Origin: Polyangiaceae bacterium
Lineage (GTDB): Bacteria; Myxococcota_A; Polyangia; Polyangiales; Polyangiaceae
Reading direction: 5' to 3'
DNA: 64,000 nucleotides
Assembly: GCA_044376115.1 (NCBI GenBank)
Contig: JBILLK010000008.1
Coordinates: 160,001 to 224,000 of the forward strand
Below, in pieces: positions 8,520 through 18,873 of the stretch; the first letter of the stretch is position 1; every line of letters starts with the position of its first letter. The translations under genes and the position numbers were made by a program. The notes beneath the pieces were generated by a model, which made no database searches, had not been told where the DNA came from, and saw only the letters and a list, made by a program, of their open reading frames with translations.

Positions 8520-9361
8520 ACGCTCACCGCTCCAACCGAAAGGACGCTGGGTGGAAGCCGCTCGCGCAGCGACTCGAGCACGATCACCGCCGACTCTTCG
8601 ACAGCGCGGCCCGTGACGTCCACGACCGGCCAACCGTTGTCTCGGAAAAGGCCCTCGGCGTAGTCGAGCTCCTCACGCACGTGCTCGCGCATGCCGTAGT
8701 TGGTTTCGATCGGCATGCCGAGTTGGCGCAGCCGCGCTTGCCGAATCTCGCACAGTTGTTCGATGCCAATCGTCAGCCCAACGCAGCGATCTTGCGGAGC
8801 TTCACGCAATTCGAGAGGGAGCGCGGCTCCAAGTACGAGCGGCAGATTCGCGACCTTGAGTCCGCGTTGCGCCAACAGCAACGAGAGCGGCGTCTTGGAG
8901 GTACGCGAAACGCCGATCAGCACGATGTCCGCTTTGCGGAAGTTGCGCGGGTCTTTGCCGTCGTCGCTCTTGACCGCAAACTCGACCGCCTCGATGCGGC
9001 GGAAGTACTCATCGGAGAGCGGCAACATGGCGCTGGGCATGCCGATCGGCGCGCGGTCCAAATAGGTGCCGAGCTTGCCGATCAGCGAGCCGATGACGTC
9101 GATCGCCTCGATTGTCAGTTCATTCGTCATCTGGTGAATGAACTCACGCAGCTCCGGTGAAACGACGGTGAAGACGAGCAGCGCATGCTCTTTGGCTGCG
9201 CGCTCGAGAATCGGACGCGCAACATCCTTGGAGCGGACGCGCGTATGTAGACGGATTTGAGCTCCACTCTTCGGGAATTGGAGCAGAGCGGCACGCACGA
9301 CCTTCTCTGCAGTCTCACCAGTCGAATCGCTCAGAACATCGATGTAACGGGGTTCTTCCAC
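8516..9361 (-). CDS. ppsR: PEP synthase/pyruvate phosphate dikinase regulatory protein (kinase/pyrophosphorylase, DUF299)
   Basis: SDSTGETAE; YFRRIEAVEFAVKSDDG; GVSRTSKTP. Confidence 0.93.
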   Translation of the reverse strand: MEEPRYIDVLSDSTGETAEKVVRAALLQFPKSGAQIRLHTRVRSKDVARPILERAAKEHALLVFTVVSPELREFIHQMTNELTIEAIDVIGSLIGKLGTYLDRAPIGMPSAMLPLSDEYFRRIEAVEFAVKSDDGKDPRNFRKADIVLIGVSRTSKTPLSLLLAQRGLKVANLPLVLGAALPLELREAPQDRCVGLTIGIEQLCEIRQARLRQLGMPIETNYGMREHVREELDYAEGLFRDNGWPVVDVTGRAVEESAVIVLESLRERLPPSVLSVGAVSV

Positions 9362-9407
9362 AAGCGAAAGCTAGCACTATCCCCCGTCAGGGTGCGCGTG
9401 GAGTTGC

Positions 9408-10511
9408 TCAGGAGAACAGGTTCTTCAACCGGTCCATTAGGCTGGGCTCCGGAGCGGCCGGCTGAATCTTGTTGCCCAGCGTCTCTGCCAGCGCTTGAAC
9501 GAGTCGGCGTTGCTCCTCGTCGAGCTGCTTTGGCACCTCGACGGTGATCTCGACCAGCTGGTCGCCGCGGCCGCTCACCATGCGCTTCGGCATGCCGCGC
9601 CCGCGAATCCGCAGCACGGTTCCCGGCTGGGTTCCGGCCGGTACGCGCAGCTTGCCCTTGCCGTCGAGCGTCGGCACCTCGAGCTCACCGCCGAGGGCGG
9701 CCTGGGGGAAGGAGATGGCCAGCGAACACACGACGTCGTCCCCAGCGCGCCGGAAATACTCGTGTGGCGCCACGCGAATCACCAGCTCGAGATCGCCAGC
9801 AGCGCGGTCCGCGCGAAGGAAATTGCCGGCGCGCTCCACCACGCGGGCAGCGCCGTTCTCGACGCCGGGAGGGACCGTGATTTCGATCGTACGCTTTTTG
9901 GAGCCGAGCCCGGCGCCGCTACAGGTCTTGCAAGGGTCTTTCACGATGCGGCCATTCCCGCGACACTGCGGACACGGCCGCTCGATGGCGATCGGCAGGA
10001 CGCCCGCGGACACGCGGATTTTACCGCGGCCTTTGCATTGGCCGCAGGTCTCTGGCACCGACCCGGGCGCCGAGCCGCTGCCAGAACAGTCGTCACAGGC
10101 CTCGATGCGCTCGTAGGAGATCTCCTTGGTGCAGCCGAAGGCAGCTTCTTCGAAGGTGAGCTTCACCTCTTTTTGCAATGGCGCAGGCTGACCAGGGCGA
10201 ACGCCGAGCGCCCCTAAAAGGTCGCCGAACAAGCCATCGATCGACACCTCCGAAAAATCGAAGGGCATACCGCCGGCAGGCCCGCTCGCGCGTGTGCCGT
10301 CCCCGACGCCAAAGCGGTCAAACATCTCCCGCTTCTTCGGATCACTGAGGATTTGGTAGGCGGCGTTCAGTTCTTTGAAACGCTGCGGCGCCTCGGCATC
10401 CCCAGGGTTGCGATCCGGGTGGTGCTTGGCCGCGAGTTTGCGAAAAGCCGCTTTGATTTCGTCCGCCTCGGCCGAGCGATCGACGCCGAGAACCTGATAC
10501 GGATCCTTCAT
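9408..10511 (-). CDS. dnaJ: Molecular chaperone DnaJ
   Basis: J-domain HPD motif; four CxxCxGxG repeats; C-terminal DnaJ domain. Confidence 0.95.
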   Translation of the reverse strand: MKDPYQVLGVDRSAEADEIKAAFRKLAAKHHPDRNPGDAEAPQRFKELNAAYQILSDPKKREMFDRFGVGDGTRASGPAGGMPFDFSEVSIDGLFGDLLGALGVRPGQPAPLQKEVKLTFEEAAFGCTKEISYERIEACDDCSGSGSAPGSVPETCGQCKGRGKIRVSAGVLPIAIERPCPQCRGNGRIVKDPCKTCSGAGLGSKKRTIEITVPPGVENGAARVVERAGNFLRADRAAGDLELVIRVAPHEYFRRAGDDVVCSLAISFPQAALGGELEVPTLDGKGKLRVPAGTQPGTVLRIRGRGMPKRMVSGRGDQLVEITVEVPKQLDEEQRRLVQALAETLGNKIQPAAPEPSLMDRLKNLFS

Positions 10512-11452
10512 GCCGACAGAAACTCCTCGGCGCGAGCGTGGCGCGCCTTGTCGCCGTTGGCCAGTCGGATCACCAAATCGGCCATCTTATCGACCACCCA
10601 TTCAAAGTGGTCCGGGCCGAGCGAGCTGATGTCGAAGTCAGGGGCTGAGTTCATGAAGTCGATGGCGTAGGGCACCCCGTCGCGAATCGCGAACTCCACC
10701 GTATTCATGTCGTAGCCGAGAGCGCGGCAGAGGGTCTTGGCGTCGGCGGTTACGCGGGCGAGTAGCGACTCGGAGAGCGGGGCCATCGTCTCCGCAGCTT
10801 TTGTGTAGCGGTCAAAGTGCCCGAGACGCGGGTCCCACAGCGCGACCTTCACTTCTTCTTTGCCGATCACGATGCAGCGCACGTACGCCGACCACTCGAT
10901 GGCTTCTTGGACGATCATGGTGCCGCGCGCGCTCTTGTCATACGCGCGGAAAAGCTCCTCCAGGTTGTCGACCTTGGAGACATCACGAAAGCCGCCCCCC
11001 CAGTGAGGCTTCATGAACATCGGAAAGCCGAAGTCTTTCACGAGGCCGCTCCAGTCGAGCGGGTAAGCCAGATTGGCGAGCGAGGCACTCGAGATATCTT
11101 CACCGTAGGACTTGGAGGGAAGCAGCGCCGTCTTGGGAACGGCCACACCGAGCGATGCTGCGAGCCCCGTGTTGAAGAACTTGTCGTCGGCGATGCGCCA
11201 AAACGGGTTGTTCACGAGCCGCGTTCCATGCAGCGCGGCGAGCTTCAGAATGGGCTGATAACAAGTGATGTCGTGGCTGATACGATCGACCAATACGTCG
11301 TAGGCGGGCGGAGCGTCGATGCGGGTGATGTCAAGCCGGGCGTACTCGCACGTTACGCCCTGATTGCGGCTGCCAACGCGGGCGATGAGAGCATCGGGAA
11401 ATGAACGCTCTCTCCCCACCACGATCCCGACCCGCTTTTGACCATTCGACAT
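10508..11452 (-). CDS. RimK/glutathione-synthase-like ATP-grasp ligase
   Basis: NNPFWRIADDKFF; FPMFMKPHWGGG; QEAI; NTVEFAIRDGVPYAIDFMN. Confidence 0.85.
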   Translation of the reverse strand: MSNGQKRVGIVVGRERSFPDALIARVGSRNQGVTCEYARLDITRIDAPPAYDVLVDRISHDITCYQPILKLAALHGTRLVNNPFWRIADDKFFNTGLAASLGVAVPKTALLPSKSYGEDISSASLANLAYPLDWSGLVKDFGFPMFMKPHWGGGFRDVSKVDNLEELFRAYDKSARGTMIVQEAIEWSAYVRCIVIGKEEVKVALWDPRLGHFDRYTKAAETMAPLSESLLARVTADAKTLCRALGYDMNTVEFAIRDGVPYAIDFMNSAPDFDISSLGPDHFEWVVDKMADLVIRLANGDKARHARAEEFLSA

Positions 11453-11503
11453 GCCCGTTACTCTCCCTGTGGTGAACTCGGCGGCGGATGATAGGTTACA
11501 GCT

Positions 11504-11896
11504 GTGACTGTGGACGACCGCCGCCGAAATGCTCGCAACGCGATTGAACTCAACGTGGAGTACAAGCGCATCAATACGTTCTTCTCGGACTACACGCGAA
11601 ACATTTCCAAAGGTGGAACGTTCATCCGAACGACGCGACCACTGAAGTTGGGAACCCAGTTCGTGTTCGCTCTGAGAATTCCCAATCTGGAGGAGCCGTT
11701 GAGGCTCAGGGGCCTTGTAAAATGGGTGGTTTCAGCCGAGGAGGCGACCGCCGAACAACCGGTGGGGATGGGCATCGAGTTTCAATACGCATCCGATGAG
11801 GAGCGCCGCGCCACGGAAGAAGTCGTGGAGGGTCTAATGAGTCGAGAGCTCGGTGAAACCCTCTCCAGCCGACTGCTCAAGAAGCGTCTTTCCTGA
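11504..11896 (+). CDS. PilZ-domain protein (myxobacterial TIGR02266-like)
   Basis: RRRNAR; NISKGGTFI; GMGIEF. Confidence 0.88.
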   Translation: MTVDDRRRNARNAIELNVEYKRINTFFSDYTRNISKGGTFIRTTRPLKLGTQFVFALRIPNLEEPLRLRGLVKWVVSAEEATAEQPVGMGIEFQYASDEERRATEEVVEGLMSRELGETLSSRLLKKRLS

Positions 11897-14068
11897 GTGA
11901 GTGCGCTCACCATGCGCGGCTGGTTGTTCAGGGCTCTCAAGCTTGGGCTGGTAGCGGCGTCCCTGACTACCGGAGCAGCATGCTCACCTCAGGGCGCCAA
12001 AGATCCATCGAGCGTCGCTTGGTCGGTTACGCCCTTGCCGGTCTCGGAGGAAGAATTCGCGAGTTCGCTGGCCAACGTACTTTCACAGAGCCTCGAGGGG
12101 GAGCCCGGGCAACGGCAACTGCTCGGCGTCGTGCAACGCCAACTAGCCCACGCCAACCATCGCTTCGAGCGAGGAGACCGGAGCGGCGGGACAGCCAGCG
12201 TGATGGGTGCCTTTTATCTGCTTCAGGCCACCGACCAGCAACAAGGCTTCCTCGACCATGAGGCGCAACTTGCTATTCGCGCGGCCATCGCGTCGCTCTC
12301 GGCGCGCGGAGAGATCGGCAAGGTCAGTATCCTTTTGGAGCTACTTCGCCCGGCCGTCTCGGCTCAAGAGCAGAGTGAGATCGACGAGCAGCTGCGAACC
12401 ATCGCGCGGTTTCGCGAGGAGACGTTGACCGGCCACCCGATGGTGCAGGCCGGGGACCGCGAACGAACTGCTACCGCACGCGCGCTGCTCTCGCCGCCTG
12501 CGGTAGACGAGGCGGTACGCAGCACCAGCACCCTGATCGACCTTGCGATCGCGGGCAATCAGGAGTTCCAACAGACGGGTCGTCGTCCCACGCCGGAGGT
12601 GGCCGACGAGATCATTCGCGGCCTGGACGCCGGCGCTTTCACCATCGTTGCTCACCACTTTCGCCAAGGGAGCTTCGAGCAAGCGCTCGAGACGGTCGAG
12701 GAGTCGAGCGCGAGGCTTACTCTCGATCCAGATTTCTTCGCCGACATGAACGCGGCCGTCAAACGCGACGACGCACGCAGCTATCGCAAGCTCTACGACG
12801 CTTTCTCCGGGAATACGCGTGCGCGCGCCGGAGGCAACATGGGCCTCGACAAGGATCTGTTCGAGGCCGCGACCTTCGCGCTGCTGCGCGCCACGCTCAA
12901 ACGCGCCCCCCATGATCGCGATACGGCGCTCGAGTTTGCTGACCTGCTCACCAAGCTCGGACTTCCGGAGGCCGTGCCAGCGGTCCTCCGTGAGCCAGCC
13001 AAGGGCGCTTCGGATTTGGAGTTGGTGGAGATCGTCGATGCGATGGTCGCGGCAGCTCAGTCGCGGTCGCGCGCAGATGACCACCCGGGCGCTTTGCATA
13101 CGCTGGAGGCCGCTGTGATGGTCGTGGCGCCGCTGCGGCCAAAGCTCGATCGCGCAAAGGCGTCGCTCTTCGAGCTGCATCAGGCCTATGCCCAGGAGCA
13201 GTTGAGGGCTGGCCGCTTGGCGCCGGCCATCGACTCGTTCACGACGGCCTTTGAGCTGTCGTTCGATGCTCGCGTGCTGTTGCGACGAGCGGAGGTGAAA
13301 CGTGCTTTGGGCGATCATGCAGGGGCTCGCGCAGACCTCGAGCTTTTGCTGAGTAAGACCAAAGATCCGCTTTTCGCGACCCAAGCTCGGCTCTCTCTCG
13401 CCACCACGAACCTGGCGCTGCGCGACCGAGCAGCCGCCCAGCAAGACCTCGTGCTCGCCTCGGAGCTCGCGCAGAAGATTGCCCGCACCCAAAGTCCAGC
13501 AGGCGTACGTGCGCGCGCCTATGCCCTGCTCGGTCGAGCCCACACGATGCAGGGCCAGTCGGCTAACGCCAAGGTCGACTTCGAAAACGCGCTGCGTGAG
13601 GCCGAGAGCGACGCCAACCTGTTGGGCCAAACCATGCTCGAGACGATCTCTTCGCTTTGGCTGCTTGGAGAACGCGACGCAATGCTCGCTGCCTTTGATT
13701 TCGGTGCGGCCCACGGTGCGCCGCGCGATGCAATGCTGTACGCGGCGCTATGGCTTCACTACGAAGCTGCGCAAGCCGGAAAGCGGCAGCCCGAGGAGCT
13801 CGCTCCGATGTTGGAGAACGCCAGCGAGTTCGGTGGCTGGCACGGAAGGCTCGCGCGCTTCGCGCTGGGCAAGCTGAGTGAGGCTGATCTATCGGCCGCA
13901 GCCGTCTCCGAAGTCGACCGGGTCGAGGCTCGGTTTTATTCGGCGATGGCGCGACGTGCTCGCGGGCTCGACGTACAAAAGGAGCTTTTGGATCTAGCGT
14001 CTGCACGCAGCGCGGAGCTGTTCGAGACGCGGCTGTGCCAGGCCTGGACACAAGCCAACAAGCCGTAG
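11897..14068 (+). CDS. TPR-repeat lipoprotein
   Basis: Signal peptide ending TTGAAC; Ala/Leu-rich helical repeats; NlpI-like C-terminus (EARFY). Abuts the PilZ gene stop. Confidence 0.7.
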   Translation: MSALTMRGWLFRALKLGLVAASLTTGAACSPQGAKDPSSVAWSVTPLPVSEEEFASSLANVLSQSLEGEPGQRQLLGVVQRQLAHANHRFERGDRSGGTASVMGAFYLLQATDQQQGFLDHEAQLAIRAAIASLSARGEIGKVSILLELLRPAVSAQEQSEIDEQLRTIARFREETLTGHPMVQAGDRERTATARALLSPPAVDEAVRSTSTLIDLAIAGNQEFQQTGRRPTPEVADEIIRGLDAGAFTIVAHHFRQGSFEQALETVEESSARLTLDPDFFADMNAAVKRDDARSYRKLYDAFSGNTRARAGGNMGLDKDLFEAATFALLRATLKRAPHDRDTALEFADLLTKLGLPEAVPAVLREPAKGASDLELVEIVDAMVAAAQSRSRADDHPGALHTLEAAVMVVAPLRPKLDRAKASLFELHQAYAQEQLRAGRLAPAIDSFTTAFELSFDARVLLRRAEVKRALGDHAGARADLELLLSKTKDPLFATQARLSLATTNLALRDRAAAQQDLVLASELAQKIARTQSPAGVRARAYALLGRAHTMQGQSANAKVDFENALREAESDANLLGQTMLETISSLWLLGERDAMLAAFDFGAAHGAPRDAMLYAALWLHYEAAQAGKRQPEELAPMLENASEFGGWHGRLARFALGKLSEADLSAAAVSEVDRVEARFYSAMARRARGLDVQKELLDLASARSAELFETRLCQAWTQANKP

Positions 14069-14083
14069 AAGATCGGACGGCCA

Positions 14084-14995
14084 ATGGCTAAACGTGACGG
14101 CGGCGGCGCGAACATCCTGGAGGGCTGGCAAGCAGGCGCTGTGGCCGTGTTCGTGGCGGCCGTGGTAACCGCTGTAATCGTTCCGCGCTCAGCCCCGCCG
14201 CACGGGATTCCACCGTCTTCGCTCACACCGAATGAACTCGACCGAGCCCGTATTCGAAGCTTTCAGCTGGCTCAGCCCGCCGCACGCCATGAACTCCCCC
14301 ACGCGGTCGAGCTCCTGAGTGCACGCCTGCGGGCCCTCGGAACGGCCGAAGCCAACGGTGATAGCGCAGCCGTTGCGAAGTGGGCCGGCGAGCTCGACGA
14401 CTCCGCCCGGCGGCTATTGGCCACCAACCTCCAAGATCTTGTGGCGCTGCGAGCGTTCTTGGCGCGTGAGTTTGCAGCGAACTACTTGCAACACCTCAAA
14501 CGCGCGAACTCGAGCCCCGCGCTCAAAGAACTGGGCGGAGCGACGCTCGCGGAGATGGAACGCAATGGTTGGTTGCAAAGCCTGGAGGACGCGCCGAGCA
14601 ACGCCGATGTCGTCTTGATTGGGCTGTTCAATCGCCGATTCAACCTGATGGTCGCGCCCGAAGGCTCGGCATTGTCACTGGATCCAATCGAGGAACGCGC
14701 CGTGCTCGATTTCCTGATCGCACATCCCCCACTCAGCAACCTGGCTGGATCTCGCGCCGAAGCGAACAGCGGGCGCGGCAAGTACGTGATCGCCCAGATT
14801 GAAAGCCTGGCCAAGCTCGAGCCGTCTTATCCGGCACCGTTCGCCAAAGGCATCGTCTACTACGAGATGGGCCAGTTCGACTCAGCGGCGAACGCGTTCG
14901 ACGCGTACCTCGAGCGAAACCCGAACGGCCCACACCGATTGCGCGCGGTCAACTTCTTGAAAGCGAGCGTCGAAGAGGCAAACGCGCTGCACTGA
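14084..14995 (+). CDS. Membrane-anchored protein with C-terminal TPR
   Basis: N-terminal TM; KGIVYYEMGQFDSAANAFDAYLERNPNG TPR. Confidence 0.75.
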   Translation: MAKRDGGGANILEGWQAGAVAVFVAAVVTAVIVPRSAPPHGIPPSSLTPNELDRARIRSFQLAQPAARHELPHAVELLSARLRALGTAEANGDSAAVAKWAGELDDSARRLLATNLQDLVALRAFLAREFAANYLQHLKRANSSPALKELGGATLAEMERNGWLQSLEDAPSNADVVLIGLFNRRFNLMVAPEGSALSLDPIEERAVLDFLIAHPPLSNLAGSRAEANSGRGKYVIAQIESLAKLEPSYPAPFAKGIVYYEMGQFDSAANAFDAYLERNPNGPHRLRAVNFLKASVEEANALH

Positions 14996-15034
14996 GGGTT
15001 GCTTAGCTGACGCAGCTGCGCGACGCTCCCGCGC

Positions 15035-15487
15035 ATGGCCGTCGAGGAAGTCTTCTCCAATGTGGAGTTCTGTCTCCGATACTCCGGGAAGATTGCGTAC
15101 GCCGGTTGGTTCGCAGCACCCCGCCTCGAGTACATGTTGATGGTCGAAAGGCTCTCAAACACCCACCGCGGCGAGCTCGCCCTGGCCAACATCATCGTGG
15201 CGGGCAAAGCAACCTTCACCGAGGATGTCCGCGAAGCCGGCATCCGCATGACAAGAAAACACGCCTTCTCCCGGGGCGCGGCTCACCTGGTCTTGGTCGA
15301 CGGCTTGAAAGGCTCAGCTGTGAAAGCGTTCCTGAGCATGGTCATGCTGGTGGGCCGCGCGCCAGCAAAAACCAAGGTGTTCAGCGACACAGCCCTTGCC
15401 AGTCGGTTTCTTGCGGCGCTGGTCAAGACGACAGAGGCTTCGGAGGTCGAGGCCTTGATCAAGCGAACAGCCGCCAATCAGCCCTAG
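15035..15487 (+). CDS. Hypothetical protein, possibly STAS/SEC14-like small domain
   Basis: ATG start; C-terminal KTKVFSDTALASRFL pattern resembles small myxobacterial STAS/SEC14-like proteins. Confidence 0.55.
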   Translation: MAVEEVFSNVEFCLRYSGKIAYAGWFAAPRLEYMLMVERLSNTHRGELALANIIVAGKATFTEDVREAGIRMTRKHAFSRGAAHLVLVDGLKGSAVKAFLSMVMLVGRAPAKTKVFSDTALASRFLAALVKTTEASEVEALIKRTAANQP

Positions 15488-16203
15488 CTAGTCAGGTCCG
15501 CATCACAGCTGAGGCAATGGTCTGGCACAGACTCCTTGTGATAGACCTCGCCACAAAGCCCGCAAACGCGAGCGTCGCGCTCCATCGAGAGCAGCCGATC
15601 GGTGGCCTTGCAGCGTAAACCCGCCGCTTGAAACGGCTCCAAGGCGATCAGCTCGCCGACGTCCCCTTGGGCGTTCACATTCTCGTCGATGTCTTTCACT
15701 CGCACCGGCAAGCGCCTGCGAGCCTCCGCCAATGCCAGCGCCGCAGCCCCGGGGTTCTCCGTTAGGTCGATGGTAACGAGCTTGGCCGAGCCAGAGAACG
15801 ACAAGACCCCAGAAGCCAGTCGAATGGCGTCGATCTCGTTCCAACCGAGCCGTTCAATTTGCTCGTCGGCTCGCTCCACACCAACCCCCGCGTCTCCAAC
15901 CCGAATGGCCGGACGCGAGCGGGCGCCCATCGCCAGACCAACCAGCAAGAGCACAACGCCAACCCCGAGCATATGAAGGGCGTAAGGATGGGGGATCGCC
16001 CGCAAAAATTGACCAAAAACGCCTGCACCAAGGAGCAGCGCCCCAGCCGAAGAAGCGACGATCGGAAGCACTGACATGGCCCCCGAGTCCGGTGCAAATC
16101 GCCGCTCGCTACGTGCAGCGTCCACCGTCTTCAGGATTTGTCCGCGGGCCGACGCCTGCGATTCTGCGGAGCGACGCTTCGCTTTCGTTTTGGGCTTCGG
16201 CAT
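15484..16203 (-). CDS. Membrane protein (2 TM) with C-terminal Cys/His zinc finger
   Basis: Two hydrophobic helices; C-terminal C..CGLC..YH..CLSC. Confidence 0.75.
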   Translation of the reverse strand: MPKPKTKAKRRSAESQASARGQILKTVDAARSERRFAPDSGAMSVLPIVASSAGALLLGAGVFGQFLRAIPHPYALHMLGVGVVLLLVGLAMGARSRPAIRVGDAGVGVERADEQIERLGWNEIDAIRLASGVLSFSGSAKLVTIDLTENPGAAALALAEARRRLPVRVKDIDENVNAQGDVGELIALEPFQAAGLRCKATDRLLSMERDARVCGLCGEVYHKESVPDHCLSCDADLTS

Positions 16204-16311
16204 GATTCAGCTGGTCTCGTAGCAAAACGAGCACGGGGAGCAAAGAACCCTTTGGGCCTGCAAAGCGGGTGACGCCCTGGCCCGGGCGTTTCACCATAGG
16301 GAGATGGAGCC

Positions 16312-17613
16312 TTGCTTCTCGTGATTGAGGCGCGACCGAGTCGCAGCTTGGTGGGAGCAGCGCTGGGCCTGCCGTTTGTCACCGCCAGCATCGTTCTCGG
16401 GCTGCTGCTCGGTCCTGGCAAAAAGCAGCCGGTGCTGGGTGCGCGCGTGTACTCAGCTGAAGAAGCGCCCCGCTCGCTGCGCGTCGAGACGGTGGAGCGC
16501 AGCGGCAGCATCGAGCGCCCCATCGCAATGGCTCTACGATTCGAGGGCAACGGGGAGAGTATCGCGTTGCAAACGAGCGAGCGCGGAACCGGCGAGCTGA
16601 TACTAAGCGCGCCGCTTAGCGCTGGGCTCCCGGTCAAGCTGCACAGCGAAAGCCAGCTGCTACTGGATAGTCCCTTCAGCGCCGGCGAAGCGCAGTCGGC
16701 GGAAGTGGCGATGCCTTGGAGCTTTGGCCAAACGGGCTTGCGCGTGCACGTCCGTGTCGAAAACGGCGACCTCGCCCCGCCGTTCCCGAGCGTCCTCAAG
16801 CTCGCCACGACGCGGGATGGTCAACCGGTGGACGCTGAGGTCGAAGTAACGTTCGCGTCCGCTGAGCCCGAAACCTCCCGGGTCAGCACAGGCGCTACCG
16901 GGCTCGCTCGCTTGCCTTTCACTCCCATCGCCGCGCCGGTGCAACTCAGCGTCGAGGCCAACTACCGCGGGGAGCGTGCGCGCAAGAGCGGTACCCTGCT
17001 CACCAAACTCGCCGCAATCCACGCACGTGACCTCGGTGACGCCGTGGAACTTACGAGCCCTTCCCCGCGCGAGGTCGCCTACTTCTCCGTGGTTGGCCCG
17101 GGTGGGCGCGAGCACGGCGGTGAGGTCGACCTAAATCCGACGGAAGACGGCTTCTTTCGCGCTCGGATCGAGAAACCAGGCGGCCGCTTGTTGCTCACCT
17201 CGCCCACCGCGGCGGAGGACCCAGCGCGCACGGCCGTATGGAGCTTTGGCGCAACAGCCCCGTTTTGTGATCCCGAGGCCACGCTCAAATCGCAGCTATG
17301 CGAGCCCATCCCCGAGCTTCTGACGCTTCGCCTGGACAGCCTCCCCGCCAACGAAGCACGCGAAGATCGTCGTGTTGCGGCGATCCGCGGCAAGACGCTC
17401 ACCTTCCTGTCGCTCGCGCTTGCGGTGGAGATCGCCTTGGTGTTGCTCTTGGCCCGAGGCAGGCGAGCAACAGCGCCGCAGGTAAGCGAGGACAACCTAA
17501 ACCCCGACTATGCCATAAAGCGCAGTCATCCTTTGGCGGAACCGGCCTTCGTCGTCGTGCTGATTCTTGTCGGGGTGATGTTCGCGCTGTGGGGCTGGGT
17601 GCTCCGCTCCTAA
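16312..17613 (+). CDS. Hypothetical membrane protein with beta-rich extracytoplasmic region
   Basis: TTG start after GGAG; N-terminal TM; two C-terminal TMs. Confidence 0.65.
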   Translation: MLLVIEARPSRSLVGAALGLPFVTASIVLGLLLGPGKKQPVLGARVYSAEEAPRSLRVETVERSGSIERPIAMALRFEGNGESIALQTSERGTGELILSAPLSAGLPVKLHSESQLLLDSPFSAGEAQSAEVAMPWSFGQTGLRVHVRVENGDLAPPFPSVLKLATTRDGQPVDAEVEVTFASAEPETSRVSTGATGLARLPFTPIAAPVQLSVEANYRGERARKSGTLLTKLAAIHARDLGDAVELTSPSPREVAYFSVVGPGGREHGGEVDLNPTEDGFFRARIEKPGGRLLLTSPTAAEDPARTAVWSFGATAPFCDPEATLKSQLCEPIPELLTLRLDSLPANEAREDRRVAAIRGKTLTFLSLALAVEIALVLLLARGRRATAPQVSEDNLNPDYAIKRSHPLAEPAFVVVLILVGVMFALWGWVLRS

Positions 17614-17664
17614 CCTCGGTTCACGTCATCCGTGCTATTCGGGGTGCTCCTAAACGAAGGTCCT

Positions 17665-18870
17665 ATGCTCGTTCTTTTCGTTGCGCCTTACTTCACTGAG
17701 AACGCGAAGCGCTATCTCGACTACGTGACTCGCCACGCGCAGGTCCTGCTGATAACGCAGGATGATCCAGCGCTGCTCGCGCCCGAGCTGCGCGCGCGGA
17801 TCGTTCGTGCAGAACGCGTGAGCGATGCGCTCGACAAGGCCCAGATCGTGGTCGCTGCCAATGAGTTGCAAAGGCTGGAGGGGCCCGTAGCCCAGCTGCT
17901 CGGCGTCGTGGAGCAACTGCAAGTCCCACTGGCCGAAGCACGAGCAGAGTTGAACCTTCCAGGGATGCGCCCGAACGAAGCGCTGAACTTCCGCGACAAA
18001 ACGCGCATGAAGGAGCTGCTTCGGCAAGCAGGGCTGCCTGTGGCTCGCTTTCAATTGGTGGATAGCACCGAGGCGGCGCTGCGCTTTGCCGCAGAGGTTG
18101 GCTACCCGCTGGTCGTTAAACCGCCTGCAGGCGCGGCTTCGCAAGCAACCTTCTTTGCGCAGGATGAAGCGGTGTTGCGCAATGCGCTCGCTCTCGCCAG
18201 CGCCGAAGCACGCGGCGCGGTATTGCTCGAGGAGCTCGTGACCGGGCAAGAGCACTCCTTCGACGCCTTTGTGCAGGGCGGGCAACTCAAGTTTTATTCG
18301 GTATCCAATTATCTGCCTTCCTGTTTGGAGGTCATGCGCAACCCTTGGATGCAATGGGTGGTCGTGCTTCCGCGAGAATACGAGTCCCAAGACATCGCAG
18401 AGGCGGGCGCTAAAGCGCTTTCAGTCCTGGGGCTGCACACAGGGATGTGTCACCTCGAATGGTTCCGTCGCGCGAACGGCGAGCTCGTGATCTCGGAGGT
18501 CGGAGCAAGGCCCCCCGGGGCGCAATTCCCAACGATGATCTCGCGCGCTCACGACAGCGACTGCCTCGAGAGCTGGGCCAACCTGCTGGTCAATGGCGAA
18601 TGGCGGCCGTTACCCGAGCGTCGCTTCGCCGCGGGCACGGCCTACTTGCGCGGACAAGGAGAAGGACGTGTCCGCGCGGTTCATGGGCTGGAGGCGATTG
18701 AACAAGAGCTAGGAGCCCTCATCTGCGACCGTCGCTTGCCTTCGCTCGGGCAGCCCAAGTCGCCATCCTACGAGGGAGAAGGCTTCATCATGGTAAAGCA
18801 CCCAGAGACCCAGGTCGTTGAGCAGGCGCTCATGCACATTGTTTCCAATGTTCGAGTCGAGCTCGGCTGA
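17665..18870 (+). CDS. ATP-grasp domain protein (L-amino-acid ligase-like)
   Basis: FRDKTRMK; GYPLVVKP; LLEELVTGQEHS; HLEWF; SEVGARPPG. Confidence 0.88.
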   Translation: MLVLFVAPYFTENAKRYLDYVTRHAQVLLITQDDPALLAPELRARIVRAERVSDALDKAQIVVAANELQRLEGPVAQLLGVVEQLQVPLAEARAELNLPGMRPNEALNFRDKTRMKELLRQAGLPVARFQLVDSTEAALRFAAEVGYPLVVKPPAGAASQATFFAQDEAVLRNALALASAEARGAVLLEELVTGQEHSFDAFVQGGQLKFYSVSNYLPSCLEVMRNPWMQWVVVLPREYESQDIAEAGAKALSVLGLHTGMCHLEWFRRANGELVISEVGARPPGAQFPTMISRAHDSDCLESWANLLVNGEWRPLPERRFAAGTAYLRGQGEGRVRAVHGLEAIEQELGALICDRRLPSLGQPKSPSYEGEGFIMVKHPETQVVEQALMHIVSNVRVELG

Positions 18871-18873
18871 GCC

